Under the pieces are notes generated by a model. It worked only from the letters and a program-made list of their open reading frames with translations. It was not told where the DNA came from and searched no databases. From Rhodohalobacter sp. (GTDB taxonomy: Bacteria > Bacteroidota > Rhodothermia > Balneolales > Balneolaceae): DNA of 64,000 nt. Below are positions 40,238 to 51,495 of the stretch, in pieces (position 1 is the stretch's first letter; each line of letters opens with the position of its first letter). The translations under genes and the position numbers were made by a program. The stretch covers positions 19,870 to 83,869 of the forward strand of contig NZ_JAXHMF010000004.1 of NCBI RefSeq assembly GCF_034521535.1. Direction: 5' to 3'.

Positions 40238-40845
40238 CAGGAGTGATTAAACAGTTGGCTGAAAATTTTTGGAAAATGGTGTTTCACCTGTTGGTAGAAA
40301 GCGTGCAGTGGAAAACCGACAACGTTATTATAGTCACCGTGAATTTGCTTAACAAACACGGCGCCAAAATCATCCTGGATTCCATAGGAGCCGGCTTTAT
40401 CCATCGGACTCCCCGTTGCTACATATTTCCGTATTTCTGATTCTTCTAACGCTCCGAACGTAACTTTCGTCTCTTCAGAGAATGTACGGCTGTTTAACGT
40501 TTTCCCCTTTTCGTTTGTCAATGCAAGATACACACCGCTGTAAACTTCATGGGTTCGTGTGCTGAGATTTTGAAGCATCGCTTCGGCATCATTTTCGTCA
40601 GTTGGTTTGCCCAGATACTTGCCGTTTATTGTTACAATAGTGTCTGCCGCTATAATAAAGGAGTCGGGATGATCGGAAAGTACAGACTCACCTTTTTGCT
40701 GAGCCAGGGATTCAACCAACCGGACAGGAGAGAGGTTCTCATCCATTATCTCTTCAATGTGGGAAGGAGATACGGTAAATGATAGATTGATCTGTTTAAG
40801 TAGCTGAGCGCGTCTGGGACTGGCAGATGCCAATATGATTTTCAT
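40237..40845 (-). CDS. maf: Maf-family nucleoside triphosphate pyrophosphatase
   Basis: IILASASPRR, IAADTIV, GKP, PMDKAGSYGIQ, NVVGFP. Confidence 0.95.
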   Translation of the reverse strand: MKIILASASPRRAQLLKQINLSFTVSPSHIEEIMDENLSPVRLVESLAQQKGESVLSDHPDSFIIAADTIVTINGKYLGKPTDENDAEAMLQNLSTRTHEVYSGVYLALTNEKGKTLNSRTFSEETKVTFGALEESEIRKYVATGSPMDKAGSYGIQDDFGAVFVKQIHGDYNNVVGFPLHAFYQQVKHHFPKIFSQLFNHS

Positions 40846-41039
40846 TTTTTATAAATCTCTGTGAAAGAACATTTTTCAGGTTTCCGATATTTGAATAACT
40901 TAAACATCGATTGAGCTTATTGAAAGTATTCCTTTTTTGATATCCGATATTTTCAAATTCGCATAGAATATAGAAAAAGTGTTTACTTACATTAAGTTCC
41001 GGATCATTCGAAAAAACGATCACTAAATAAATTGTCAGT

Positions 41040-41294
41040 ATGTCTGCAAGGCAGCGAAATAAGAAAGATACCAAACCGATGCTATTCACACCCTTAAACT
41101 ATAAGTTGATCGGGTTGGGAGTACTGCTGATCGTTGTCGGTTTTACAGCAATGAGACTTGAAAACGAGGTGTATGGTATCATTTCTCTTTACTTTTCTCC
41201 CGTTGTAATACTGTCCGGTTACATTGTTGTGATTTATGCGATTCTCAAGCGTGACCACAAGCTCGAAGAGTCATCAACTAAATCAACCTCGTAA
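41040..41294 (+). CDS. DUF3098-like small membrane protein
   Basis: F...NYKLIGLG..LIVVGF..M and SPVVILSGY.VVIYAIL pattern. Confidence 0.78.
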   Translation: MSARQRNKKDTKPMLFTPLNYKLIGLGVLLIVVGFTAMRLENEVYGIISLYFSPVVILSGYIVVIYAILKRDHKLEESSTKSTS

Positions 41295-41299
41295 CTGTT

Positions 41300-42151
41300 T
41301 TGGACAGGCTCATAAACTATCTTTTCTGGATCATCGCCATTTTTCTTTTCGTGTTGGAAGGAAAATTGAACGAACATTTGTTGATCCTCATCGGATTGGG
41401 CTTGTCGTTAATTATTGCTTACCTGGCTTTTTTCCTGAATTGGATCACACTCGATGCTACAAAGGCAGTCATTATTTTAGGCACCATAACATTCGGTTTT
41501 GGCGGGATTTGGCCCGCGCTGGCTTTAATATTCTTTTTTCTAAGCAGCAGCCTGATTACACGGAATAAGCGACTGGATGGAAATGTTAATAGATCCGTTC
41601 CTCTCCGATCGGATGACCCGTATCACAATAGCAGGAGGGACGGTTATCAGGTTTGGGGCAATGGATTTTGGGTGGCAGTTTTTTGTCTGGCCTGGTTTCA
41701 GTTCGAAATGGATTTTCTCTTGCTTGCCGTGTATGGAACAATAGCGGCCGCTACTGCAGACACCTGGGCAACGGAAATGGGCACCAGAAAAAAAGGGGGA
41801 ACACGCCTTATAACAACATTCAAAAAAGTTGAGCCGGGAACAGACGGAGGTATCAGCTTTGCAGGAACACTGGCTTCTGCCGTAGGAAGTATGGCGGTTG
41901 CATCATTGCTGTTGATCATGCCCGATCCCTACGATCTTAATGTTGCTGTTGTAGTTGCAGTTGCCGGTTTTGTGGGATCTGTCGCCGATTCTTATATGGG
42001 CGCAATTTTTCAAACCAAAAATGTTCAACTCTTTAAATCGGAAAGAATCGTTGGGCGGGATGCCATGCTGAAAAACTGTTTGGTAAATTGGCTTGCCACC
42101 GGAATTGGTGGTTTAATTACACTAATAACGTTTAAAATAATGACTCTATGA
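41300..42151 (+). CDS. DUF92 (TMEM19) membrane protein
   Basis: FFFLSSS, RDGYQVWGNG, ATADTWATEMG, ITTFKKVEPGTDGGIS..GT, DSYMGA. Confidence 0.9.
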   Translation: MDRLINYLFWIIAIFLFVLEGKLNEHLLILIGLGLSLIIAYLAFFLNWITLDATKAVIILGTITFGFGGIWPALALIFFFLSSSLITRNKRLDGNVNRSVPLRSDDPYHNSRRDGYQVWGNGFWVAVFCLAWFQFEMDFLLLAVYGTIAAATADTWATEMGTRKKGGTRLITTFKKVEPGTDGGISFAGTLASAVGSMAVASLLLIMPDPYDLNVAVVVAVAGFVGSVADSYMGAIFQTKNVQLFKSERIVGRDAMLKNCLVNWLATGIGGLITLITFKIMTL

Positions 42152-43464
42152 AGTGGTACAAAAAACTGCATTGGCAAATTATCATTGGGATGATTCTGGG
42201 ACTTATCTGGGGTCTGTTCTCAAGTGTAGTCGGGTTAAACGAGTTTACCAGTAACTACATCCGACCCTTCGGTGATATATTTATCACACTTCTCAAATTG
42301 ATTGCAGTTCCGCTTGTACTCGCTTCACTTGTGGTGGGTGTTTCCAATCTCAATGACATGTCGCAGCTTTCCAGAATGGGTGGAAAAACAATCGGTATTT
42401 ATTTGGTGACAACCACGCTTGCCATTACAATCGGCCTTGGTGTTGTAAACATTATGCAGCCGGGAAAAGCGCTCCCCGAAGAAACACGAACAACTTTGAT
42501 GGAGAGTTATGGGGGATCCGTGGAAGGGCGTGATGAAGCTGCCCGGGAGCTTTTGGATCGTAGCCCTTTGGATTTCTTTGTTGATATTGTTCCGGAAAAC
42601 TTTTTTGAAGCCGCCTCCGATAACTCAAATATGCTGCAGGTGGTTTTCATTGCCATTTTGATAGGTATCGGTATTGTGAATATTCCAGTTCAAAAAGGGC
42701 AGGTGCTTATTAACGTTTTCGAGTCGCTGAATGATGTGATCATCAAGATCGTGGATCTGATAATGAAGACGGCACCTTATGGGGTTTTCGCACTCATGGC
42801 CGTTGTGATTGTTGATCTGGCCGGTGACGATTTAAGTCAGGCTCTAACGTTGCTGAGCGCACTTGGATGGTATACACTGGCAGTGGTCATCGGACTGTTT
42901 CTGCACGTGATGATTGTTTACTCAAGTCTCTTTAAAATATTCAGTAAAATGAGGCTGAGAGATTTTTTCAAGGCGATACAGCCGGCCGTTCTTCTGGGCT
43001 TCAGTACCAGTTCGAGTGCTGCTACGCTTCCGGTTACCATGGAGCGGGTTGAAAAAAATCTCGGTGTTGATGAAGAGGTCTCCAGTTTTGTACTGCCGGT
43101 AGGTGCAACAATCAACATGGACGGAACCAGTCTTTACCAGGCAGTGGCAGCCGTATTTATTGCACAGGCTTTAGGTATGGATTTGTCCATAGCACAGCAG
43201 CTCACCATTGTACTGACGGCAACACTGGCATCGATCGGTGCAGCGGGAGTTCCCGGAGCCGGAATTATAATGCTGGTCATTGTACTTCAAACCATTCAGG
43301 TTCCTATAGAGGGTATTGCTCTTATTCTTGGGGTTGATCGTATTCTGGATATGGTTCGAACGGCTGTTAATGTGACGGGTGATGCGGCGGTCGCGGTTGC
43401 CGTAGCACACACAGAGGGGAAATTGGGAGCCCTGCATTTTGATGATGAAGAGATTAACCCCTGA
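42148..43464 (+). CDS. Dicarboxylate/amino acid:cation symporter (GltP/GltT family)
   Basis: FSTSSSAATLP, LPVGATINMDGT, SIGAAGVPGAG, DRILDMVRTAVNVTGD. Confidence 0.95.
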   Translation: MKWYKKLHWQIIIGMILGLIWGLFSSVVGLNEFTSNYIRPFGDIFITLLKLIAVPLVLASLVVGVSNLNDMSQLSRMGGKTIGIYLVTTTLAITIGLGVVNIMQPGKALPEETRTTLMESYGGSVEGRDEAARELLDRSPLDFFVDIVPENFFEAASDNSNMLQVVFIAILIGIGIVNIPVQKGQVLINVFESLNDVIIKIVDLIMKTAPYGVFALMAVVIVDLAGDDLSQALTLLSALGWYTLAVVIGLFLHVMIVYSSLFKIFSKMRLRDFFKAIQPAVLLGFSTSSSAATLPVTMERVEKNLGVDEEVSSFVLPVGATINMDGTSLYQAVAAVFIAQALGMDLSIAQQLTIVLTATLASIGAAGVPGAGIIMLVIVLQTIQVPIEGIALILGVDRILDMVRTAVNVTGDAAVAVAVAHTEGKLGALHFDDEEINP

Positions 43465-43656
43465 TAATTGAAGTGCTCAGACCGATGGAAGTTTTTACAA
43501 TTGACAGGCAATAATTATTCCTTGGAAAGCATTTTAGGGACTGAATCTTACTTTGATCGGTTTAGTTCTTCAGATAGGAGCCAAAAACAGATGGTTCGCT
43601 TTTATCCCGGAACAATATGTTAGGAATTGGAATCAATATATATGGTTATTAACTGA

Positions 43657-44556
43657 ATGATCCCCATGGTATTATTTGTAACGATTTTTGCATCACTTTC
43701 TCTGATTACTTCTCAGCCGGACACTTCTGCGTCCTACGATGAGAAGCTTCAGGAGGGTATCGAGGCTTTCTACAATACGGAGTGGGAAAAAGCAGAGAGT
43801 CTGTTCCGGGAGCTAATGGAAGAGGATGCGACAGACCCTCAGCCTCATTTCTTCTCGTCCATGATGCCATTTTGGGAGTATTTCTTTATTGAACAGAACG
43901 AGGAGCTGGCAGAAGAATTTCTAAGCCGATCGGAAAAGGCTGTAAATCTAAGTGAGCAAAAATTGGACAGCTCGCCAAATGATACAACCATGGTGCTTCT
44001 TCTGAGCGGCCTGCACGGCTACAGAAGCCTGGTCGCTGCGGGGGAGAGTAACTACCGGGTTGCAATCAGAAGCGGCATGACCGGATTCAGCTATACCCGC
44101 AAACTTCTTTCATTGGATACAGACCGGCCGGACGCAAGAATTGGAAGAGGAATGTTCTACTACATGCTGGGAAGTGTTCCTTCCGAATTGAAATGGGCCA
44201 CGAACTTGGCCGGACTGAAAGGGGATATGGAGCAGGGATTTGAGGAGCTTAAAAAAGCTGCAGAGAGTGATAGCTATGTGAGCAATGATGCTACTATGCT
44301 CCTGATGTACCTGTACAATAAAGAAGAGCGATATGAAGAAGCACTGAGCTATGCAGAAAAGCTGACAGAGCGTTTACCTAAAAATGTGATTTTTAAATTT
44401 AAAAAAGCTGAAATTTTAGAGAACTCCGGCAATAAAGATCAAGCGAGAGAGTTATTTGCAGAGATCGCAGAGAGTAATCACCCGCGATTTTCTACTTTAA
44501 TCGAAAAAAGCAAAGAAAAGGTAGAGCGACTCACAGATTTAACACAAAATTATTAG
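43657..44556 (+). CDS. Secreted TPR-like protein
   Basis: N-terminal hydrophobic segment and helical repeats (DARIGRGMFYY, YEEALSYAEKL...P.NVIF). Confidence 0.75.
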   Translation: MIPMVLFVTIFASLSLITSQPDTSASYDEKLQEGIEAFYNTEWEKAESLFRELMEEDATDPQPHFFSSMMPFWEYFFIEQNEELAEEFLSRSEKAVNLSEQKLDSSPNDTTMVLLLSGLHGYRSLVAAGESNYRVAIRSGMTGFSYTRKLLSLDTDRPDARIGRGMFYYMLGSVPSELKWATNLAGLKGDMEQGFEELKKAAESDSYVSNDATMLLMYLYNKEERYEEALSYAEKLTERLPKNVIFKFKKAEILENSGNKDQARELFAEIAESNHPRFSTLIEKSKEKVERLTDLTQNY

Positions 44557-44592
44557 AATAGGGTGCAATATTTTCTGTTTTAATTCCTATTT

Positions 44593-47134
44593 TTGTTAAA
44601 TACTATAGTAGAGAAATCGTTAATCACTAAACAGCCTATGGGGAAACCGCTACAGAAGGGAATTTTTACAGTTCTGTCTTTATTTCTGGTCTTTTCTATA
44701 CTCTTTGCACCGGCAACTCATGCGCAGGTTGCAATGGAGGATGAAAGAGGGCTTGAAATTGTTTTCAGTGCTTCCGGTTCCCTTACCCAAACCCAACTCA
44801 TACAGCTTACACCGGAAGATCTCGCCGGCTTTTATAGCAGTGATGATGCAGCTGTATCGATTACCGATTGGGATGATCGTTCTGATCAGTCCGGGCTCTT
44901 CTATATTCAAAGGGGAAATGATGGATTTGCAATCGGCGGTTTAAAACCGGAAAATTCATCCATCCAATCGTCTTTTTTATCTAAATCTTCAAAACAGAAC
45001 TTCTTCTCAGTTTGACGGCCTGCAGATTGCATTTGATTTGTTATACCTGTCATCACCTGAAATTCGGGACTACTCACTGCAGCTTCGGTATAAAATCGAG
45101 AACCAATCATGGACGAAAGTTCCCGGGGCTTTGGTAAGCAGTTCAATGTTGCGCGGTGATGAAGATGGAGATGAATGGAGCACTTTTTCAATTCAGACCT
45201 CTTTAGACGGAATCTTATTGAATCGGGATGACAGTATTGAGTTTGAATGGGTGGTAACAGCAACCTCTGCTGATGTTGATGCTGAGGACATTCCTGTCGC
45301 ATTTCAACAGATAGGATTTTTCCCCGATGTCTTTTCACCCGAGTCAATCGACCGTGGAGATTTGATCGTATCTGAAATTCTGCCATCCACAAATGTTCGC
45401 GGTGAATCGGTTGAGTTTATCGAAGTATATAACCCAACTGAAAACTTGAAAAATTTGAAAGGTCTGGAGATTCGTACACAGACCGGATCACACACGATTC
45501 GCTCAGATTTTCAAATAGGTCCGCACAGTCTAGCCGTTATGATGTCAGGTGATTCACCGCAGGAATTGACTACGGATCAGGTCTATAAATACAGCGGATC
45601 AATTTTGTCCGAGAACGCCGGATATATTGAACTGCATCTTGGTGAAAAGGAGCTGGCAAAAGCTACTTTTGAACGCGGGGATGAAGATCGTTCTTTAGAA
45701 CTGGATCAAATTGCAAATGCCTTTGACGGGTATTCCAGTCTTCAGCATTTTCGGCCTTCCAATACATCATTTGAGGGTTCTGTATCTGCCACACCCGGAA
45801 GTGAAGGAAATACCCAGAAACTATATTCCAAAGAAATTGATGTGCCCGGCTGGCATTTCATTGCACCTCCCGGGTTGCTGGATATGCGGATGAGCCGTTT
45901 AAATCCTCAGCAGATTCAATCACTCAAAGTAGATCAAAATCTATCAACTGAACTTGAAGTGAATGAGCCTTTTTTCGTCTTTTTTGAAAGTGAGAGAGAG
46001 CGGAAAATTTATTCCAATCAGACAGCTCAAACCGGCCTGAAGCAGGGATTTCCTATATCGGGCAGTGCAGCAAAAGTGTTTACAGCCCCGGGAGACCGGC
46101 CATTTATCCTGAACAATCTGAAGGATGAACAGGGACGGACAACTTCTCCGGCTTACCTTTATTGGAACAGTTCGAATCAGCGTTTCCAACTGCTGTATAA
46201 TGATGAAGCTGAGGTTAGCAGATGGACTCCTTTGATTGCCCATGAATCTGCAGAACTTCCATCTGAGAGATCATCAGAAACAGGGGCAGTGCAGCAGGGT
46301 GTTCGTTTGGATCGAATGCTCTCATTCAGGCTTTTTGAGATTATACAGGATGGATCAAAACAGGAACTGGATCAAAGTATCGTTGGCTTTTTAAGGGAGG
46401 AGAGGGGTCAGACTGACAAGAGCTTTGATCTGCCAAAACTATTACCGGTCTCTGTGGAAAAGCGTGTTCCAGACGATCTGAACATGCTACACATAACATC
46501 TGCTGCCGCTGCAAACAGAGCGAACAGCTTTATACATTTTCAGTATGAACTGGATCAGGAATATGAATTTGGTTTAGGAGTTACATCAACAGACCGAACA
46601 TATCAGGCAGTTTTAGACTGGTCGGAGATGGAAGATATACCTGATGAGTGGATTTTGACTCTGAAAGACAACCTGACCGGCCGTGAAATTGACATGAAGG
46701 AGCAATCCGATTATGAGTTCAGGTTAAATGTTGCTGACAACGGCCTCAATGGGAAAGAAGTTGAACCCGGAACCATAGTACCTTTCAATCCGGAAGATGA
46801 AGAACGATTTACGGTATCCATGAAGCCTTTTGAATCTGCGATAGGCATGAGTGAGAAAGACGAGAGGCCCGGCAGTATTGAATTGCGTCAGAACTATCCA
46901 AATCCGTTCAATCCATCAACCAATATCGAGTTTTATTTGCCTGAACAGCAGCCTGTAAGAATAGGTGTGTATAATATCGTAGGTCAGCAAGTAGCCTTGC
47001 TTGCTGATGAGAGCTATGGGGCCGGGGAGCATGTTATCTCGTGGAATGCCTCAGAAATGCCAAGTGGTGTTTATATCGTCCAGCTTGAAGTGGGAAGTCG
47101 AATTTTTACAAGAAAAATAACATTGATTAAGTAG
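44593..47134 (+). CDS. T9SS-sorted protein with lamin-tail-like domain; split by +1 in the T6 run at 44973-44978
   Basis: Removing one T joins ...SSIQSS to FYLNLQNRTSSQFDGLQIAFDLLYL...; LIVSEILP...EFIEVYNPT (LTD-like); C-terminal QNYPNPFNPST...KITLIK. The start may be the ATG at 44638. Confidence 0.78.
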
Positions 47135-47283
47135 AGATCTTGTGAAGACGACCGTTCAAATTTCTTTTTGTTTGCCAATCGTAGCACGTAGCAACTCTTC
47201 ATTGGCATTTTCGTCCCAACAAGAATATCTTACAAAGACTCAATTGATTAATTACAATAAAATAAATAACAGCAAAACTATTC

Positions 47284-48106
47284 ATGCAGTTTAAATCAGC
47301 TCAGGGCGTTGAAGTGCCTGAAATTGGCTTAGGTACCTACAAACTATTTGGTAAAGAGTGTAAAAAAGTCGTCACCGATGCGTTAAGTATTGGATATCGC
47401 CACATTGATACCGCTCAGATGTATAAAAACGAGAAAGAGATCGGTGATGCAATTCAATATTCAAATGTCCCGAGAGAAGACATTTTTCTTACGACTAAAA
47501 TTTGGCACACAAATCTAGCCCATGATGATGTTCTACAGACTGTAGAGGACAGTCTGACGAATTTAGAATCTCACTATGTAGATCTGCTTCTGATTCACTG
47601 GCCCAATAATCAGTACTCACTGGAAAAAACTCTGGAAGCGATGCTTGGTTCTTCGCGACCAGGGAAAAGCGATGAATATCGGTGTCTGTAATTTTCCGCT
47701 GGGAATGACTAAGGAAATACTTGAAGAACTCAGGGTGCCAATTTTTACGAACCAGGTAGAGTTTCATCCGTTTTTGGAGCAGTTTGATCTGTTGGATTAC
47801 TCATATGACAACGATTTTCTTATTACGGCCTACAGTCCGCTTGCGCAGGGCAAAGTAATGGAGAACGAAACGCTCCAGGAAATTGGAGAGGCGTATGGTA
47901 AAACACCGGCACAAGTAGCCCTTAGATGGCTGATTGAACAGGAGAATGTAATTGCCATTCCAAAAGCATCATCCAGGGAACATCTGGAAAACAATATCGA
48001 TATCTTCGATTTTGAATTGGAGGATGAGCATTTTCAGGCCATTGATGACCTTGAGAAAAATCACAGGATTGTAAATCCATCATTTGCACCCGATTGGAGC
48101 AAGTAG
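47284..48106 (+). CDS. Aldo/keto reductase (DkgB-like); split by a +1 frameshift near 47646
   Basis: IGLGTY, GYRHIDTAQMYKNE, FLTTK, DLLLIHWP, then IGVCNF, NQVEFHP, AYSPLAQG, AIPKAS in the next frame. Confidence 0.9.
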
Positions 48107-48186
48107 CTTATCAAATGTAAGGAACGATAGCAGAGGTAAATTACTTGTTAATGTTGTAATAAATCAACATAAAATTAAGAGTTTAC

Positions 48187-48363
48187 ATGCTAAAACGATC
48201 TGACTATTTCATATTGACCGCCGCATTGGTGTCAATGATTTTATCCATATTTTTATGGTTTTGGGGAAATCAGGACGCCGGACTGTTCGTAGGAATATGG
48301 GTACCGTCCATTCTTGGTTTTGGAGCTTATTTTAAAATTCTAAAGTACAGAGCCCGACCATGA
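48187..48363 (+). CDS. 58-aa two-TM membrane protein (below the ORF-track cutoff)
   Basis: MLKRSDYFILTAALVSMILSIFLWFWGNQDAGLFVGIWVPSILGFGAYFKILKYRARP; the stop overlaps the next ATG. Confidence 0.7.
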   Translation: MLKRSDYFILTAALVSMILSIFLWFWGNQDAGLFVGIWVPSILGFGAYFKILKYRARP

Positions 48364-48524
48364 ATATTCCTTTTATATTTTCATCTGGTATCATCGTGGT
48401 TATACTTTTTCTAATAGGATTGATCTATACCTTCAAGGAGTTTAAAGAGATGGAAGATCATCCCGATGATTTCAGGAGAGAACGATCTGATGAACCCAGA
48501 ATAGTTGATAAGAAAAGAAGCTAA
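48360..48524 (+). CDS. 54-aa single-TM protein (below the ORF-track cutoff)
   Basis: MNIPFIFSSGIIVVILFLIGLIYTFKEFKEMEDHPDDFRRERSDEPRIVDKKRS; ATGA overlap with the upstream ORF. Confidence 0.65.
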   Translation: MNIPFIFSSGIIVVILFLIGLIYTFKEFKEMEDHPDDFRRERSDEPRIVDKKRS

Positions 48525-48845
48525 GAGCGCTATCTCCTTAATACTCTCCAGATCTTCAAAATAAACTCTTTATTCGACGGTTATTCTACTTTTTGGATAG
48601 TTAGTCATAACAATATTTTGTTCCGCAATGTGATCAGACTTAGCACAAAACATGGTGTTTCTGTCTATTTCTATGAACCGAATATTGCTCCTATTCCATT
48701 TCGGCCTACCACCTAATTTTGATCTAAAAAGAAATACCATTTTTTTTCGAAATGATACACCTGCTTGTAAATCAACACATTGTACTTGGTGACAAACTGC
48801 GAAGATTAATAGTGGAGAAAACAACACTTCAGCAATTCGAGTTTA

Positions 48846-48900
48846 AGCTCTGAAGGAGCGACAGAACTTAGCCTCGGGTGAAGCAAAGCGAAACCCGGGG
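48846..48900. repeat. REP-like repeat related to the tnpA flanks
   Basis: agctctgaaggagcgacag...agcctcgggtgaagcaaagcgaaacccgggg has the same short-hairpin + spacer + hairpin layout as 50357-50400. Confidence 0.6.
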
Positions 48901-49119
48901 AACTAGATAAGCGCAATATAGGAACCGCCGAACAGAGGGACTGGAAGGTAAAGACGCCCAAAATAGAGGCGGTACCTTACCTGAATAGATCTTACTAAAA
49001 CATGGTATTTCTGTTCATTTACATGATCCAAATATTGCACTTACTCTATTTGTAATTATTTTCGTATTTCTGATCCGAATTAAAAATACCATGTTGTTTG
49101 TAATGTTGATTTGTGAACT

Positions 49120-49842
49120 TCACTCCCAATATGAAACAGACGATGCTATCGGTATTTTCTCATCATTTTTAAACAGCGTTTGAATCAGTCGATCATCTTC
49201 CTGACTGGTTTTTAGAAAGATCCGATCTCCCCGAACACTTTCCGACTGGTACTGAATCTCCATTTCCCGGCATAATTTATTCTCTTCACGCTGATAACCC
49301 GTCATCCAATCGATATAGCGAACATTGTTGACGTGATAATTCATATCCAGATCGTTCAAGCCCACGATGGTAATAAATTTTGAATCATCAGGTACCAATG
49401 GTTTGATCGGATTCTTTTTTGGCTCAACGGTGTGCTCTTTATCCTTAACACCCAATTCAGCGATCTCCGACGGTGTGCGTACCGGGCGCTTCGATTTCAT
49501 GTCCAGCACCATCCATTGGCTGATTGCGTGGGCTAAAAGATCTCCCGATTCTGATCTCATCTCATAATCACGAAATGCACGGAGACCGTCTCCGGCAGAC
49601 GGCCATGTGGTTACGTTTACCTCTTCCCATCTTTTTGGAAGATTCAACACCTTCACATGCATTTTGTAGAGCACCCAGGTCAGATCTTTTTCATGAAGCT
49701 GCGAGATGTCAAAATTCAGATGGTTGGCATGAATGCCGGCAGCTTCCTGGAAATAGTTGCAGATGGAGGAGAAGGTGGCTTTTTCATTCCGGTCTACTTC
49801 GTACGAGCGGACTTTGAAGGGGATGGTGTAGATTTTGTCCAT
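49120..49842 (-). CDS. Acyl-ACP thioesterase (double hotdog)
   Basis: FKVRSYEVD, YFQEAA..H, TWVL, DLDMNYHVNNVRYIDW. Confidence 0.93.
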   Translation of the reverse strand: MDKIYTIPFKVRSYEVDRNEKATFSSICNYFQEAAGIHANHLNFDISQLHEKDLTWVLYKMHVKVLNLPKRWEEVNVTTWPSAGDGLRAFRDYEMRSESGDLLAHAISQWMVLDMKSKRPVRTPSEIAELGVKDKEHTVEPKKNPIKPLVPDDSKFITIVGLNDLDMNYHVNNVRYIDWMTGYQREENKLCREMEIQYQSESVRGDRIFLKTSQEDDRLIQTLFKNDEKIPIASSVSYWE

Positions 49843-49987
49843 GATGAATGATGTTGTAACAGGTTAGACTGTCAATTATGTAACATAAGAAATTTGTGTA
49901 CGGATTTGGAACGTAAATGGACTTGTTATCGGAATTATTGAGGGATTAAACCCCGTTCGGGGTTTTGATATTTAATGTAATTCTTAA

Positions 49988-50143
49988 GAGGCTGTCCAAA
50001 AGGTACATTAGTTTAAATAGCGCTTAAATAATTTAGTTTTTCCTTCAGACTCACCCTATATCCCTCTCTAACTAATAGAGAGGGATATAAAGTCTAAATT
50101 ATTTAAGCTTGGTTTTGTGTTGATTCACTTTTTGGACAACCTC
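49988..50143. mobile_element. MITE-like element with GAGGYTGTCCAAAA TIRs
   Basis: gaggctgtccaaaa and ttttggacaacctc (13/14 complementary); internal hairpin tatccctctcta...tagagagggata. Confidence 0.65.
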
Positions 50144-50356
50144 CTATTTACATTCAAACCCTGTTAGGGTTGGGCAATGTTTCATTTTTTAGGAAGAACA
50201 GGAGTACGGGTATTTTTAGAGGAAGAGTATAAATAAGGCTCTATGATGATTAGTGTGGATAATTAAAATAGCACATATATTGTTGCATCCTGGTTGATTG
50301 TGTTCGCAGTACATGACAATAGGAACGTATTTATTTTTACATCGATGAACTTGCTT

Positions 50357-51047
50357 GCCCCAAAAGGGGCAAAGTCAATAACATAGTGCAGCGCACTATG
50401 CCAGGTGTTACCACTAAATAAATGCCCTGAAAGGGCGCAATCCAGACAAATCTATTCTATGCCACAGTCTCTTTCCAAAGTATACACACATCTGATATTC
50501 AGCACAAAACATAGAAAAAACCTAATCGATGATTCGATCGAAAATGATCTTTACAATTATATCGGAGGGATCTGTAAAGATATGGAATGCAATCCTATAC
50601 AAGTAGGCGGACATAAAAACCATGTTCATATTTTATGCCTCCTGTCAAGAAAAATTACCCAAATGAAACTGCTACAGGAAATTAAACAGGGCTCATCCAA
50701 ATGGATTAAAACGATGGATGATCGATATACCAATTTTTACTGGTCCCGAAAGCATTCGGGAGATACGGAAGTTTCTCGGTATCTCCGAAAGTAGTAAACT
50801 CAGTTATTGAATACATTAAAAATCAGCATGAACATCATCAAATAATGAGCTTTAAAGATGAGTACAGGAAGTTTTTAAAGAATTACGGTGTTGATTTTGA
50901 TGAACGATATGTATGGGATTAATTGGACAGGCCGCCCCCTGTGAACCCGACCTGATGGGACCGGCGCCCGCGTTGGGGCTGTTGGATGGGTTGATTGGCT
51001 TTCATCGCGCGTTGCACGATGTTACTGACCGACGCTCCTTTGGAGCT
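50357..51047 (+). mobile_element. IS200/IS605-family (RAYT-like) Y1 transposase locus with inverted REP flanks
   Basis: Left gccccaaaaggggcaaagtcaataacatagtgcagcgcactatg vs the reverse complement of the right flank gctccaaaggagcgtcggtcagtaacatcgtgcaacgcgcgatg. Confidence 0.8.
50459..50922 (+). pseudogene. tnpA: IS200-family transposase TnpA, frameshifted at a hairpin insertion
   Basis: MPQSLSKVYTHLIFSTKHR...NHVHIL (HUH)...IKQGSSKWI...FYW, then a different frame YGSFSVSP...EYIKNQHEHH...FDERYVWD*. Confidence 0.88.
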
Positions 51048-51299
51048 AAATCATGTTAAAACGTAGAGTAGAATTTGATGGTTCTATGTATTTGGTATAG
51101 ATCAAAAATCCATGGAAATTGCCCATTTTTATAACTTAAAAACAAGTTGAATTTTTAAAATCCACACCCACACATTTCAACACAGAACCATAATAATTAT
51201 CTCTTGAACCCTGATTTCTGAACTTATCAACACGTCTGTGGAAAAGAAATTTTTGATTGTTTGCCGGATGACCGTAGCTTTAAAACAGTTCTTTGGAAT

Positions 51300-51495
51300 A
51301 GTAAAAGCGTGGTGTCCCGGTTGATGCAATAGCCGCCGGGATGAAAAGGGAATTCCGTTTAAATCGGAAACTGTACCCGCAACTGTGAGTTCAGAGCCAA
51401 ACTTTTGGTATCTGTTGATCCTCATCTTGCCACTGTCTGTACAGATCAGACGGGAAGGTTGAATCAGCAGCTGAACAAGTCAGGAGACCTGCCAC
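51300..51495 (+). ncRNA. Cobalamin riboswitch
   Basis: ggtgtccc...gggatgaaaagggaattccg...aaatcggaaactgtacccgcaactgt...gccactg...gggaagg...agtcaggagacctgcc (B12 box), upstream of a TonB receptor. Confidence 0.93.

Noticed and set aside
48570-48827. 85-aa minus-strand ORF
   Set aside because: No motif, weak start and AT-rich intergenic context.
50254-50262. Isolated DnaA boxes (here and near 35710 inside mazG)
   Set aside because: Single 9-mers without clustering can occur by chance.
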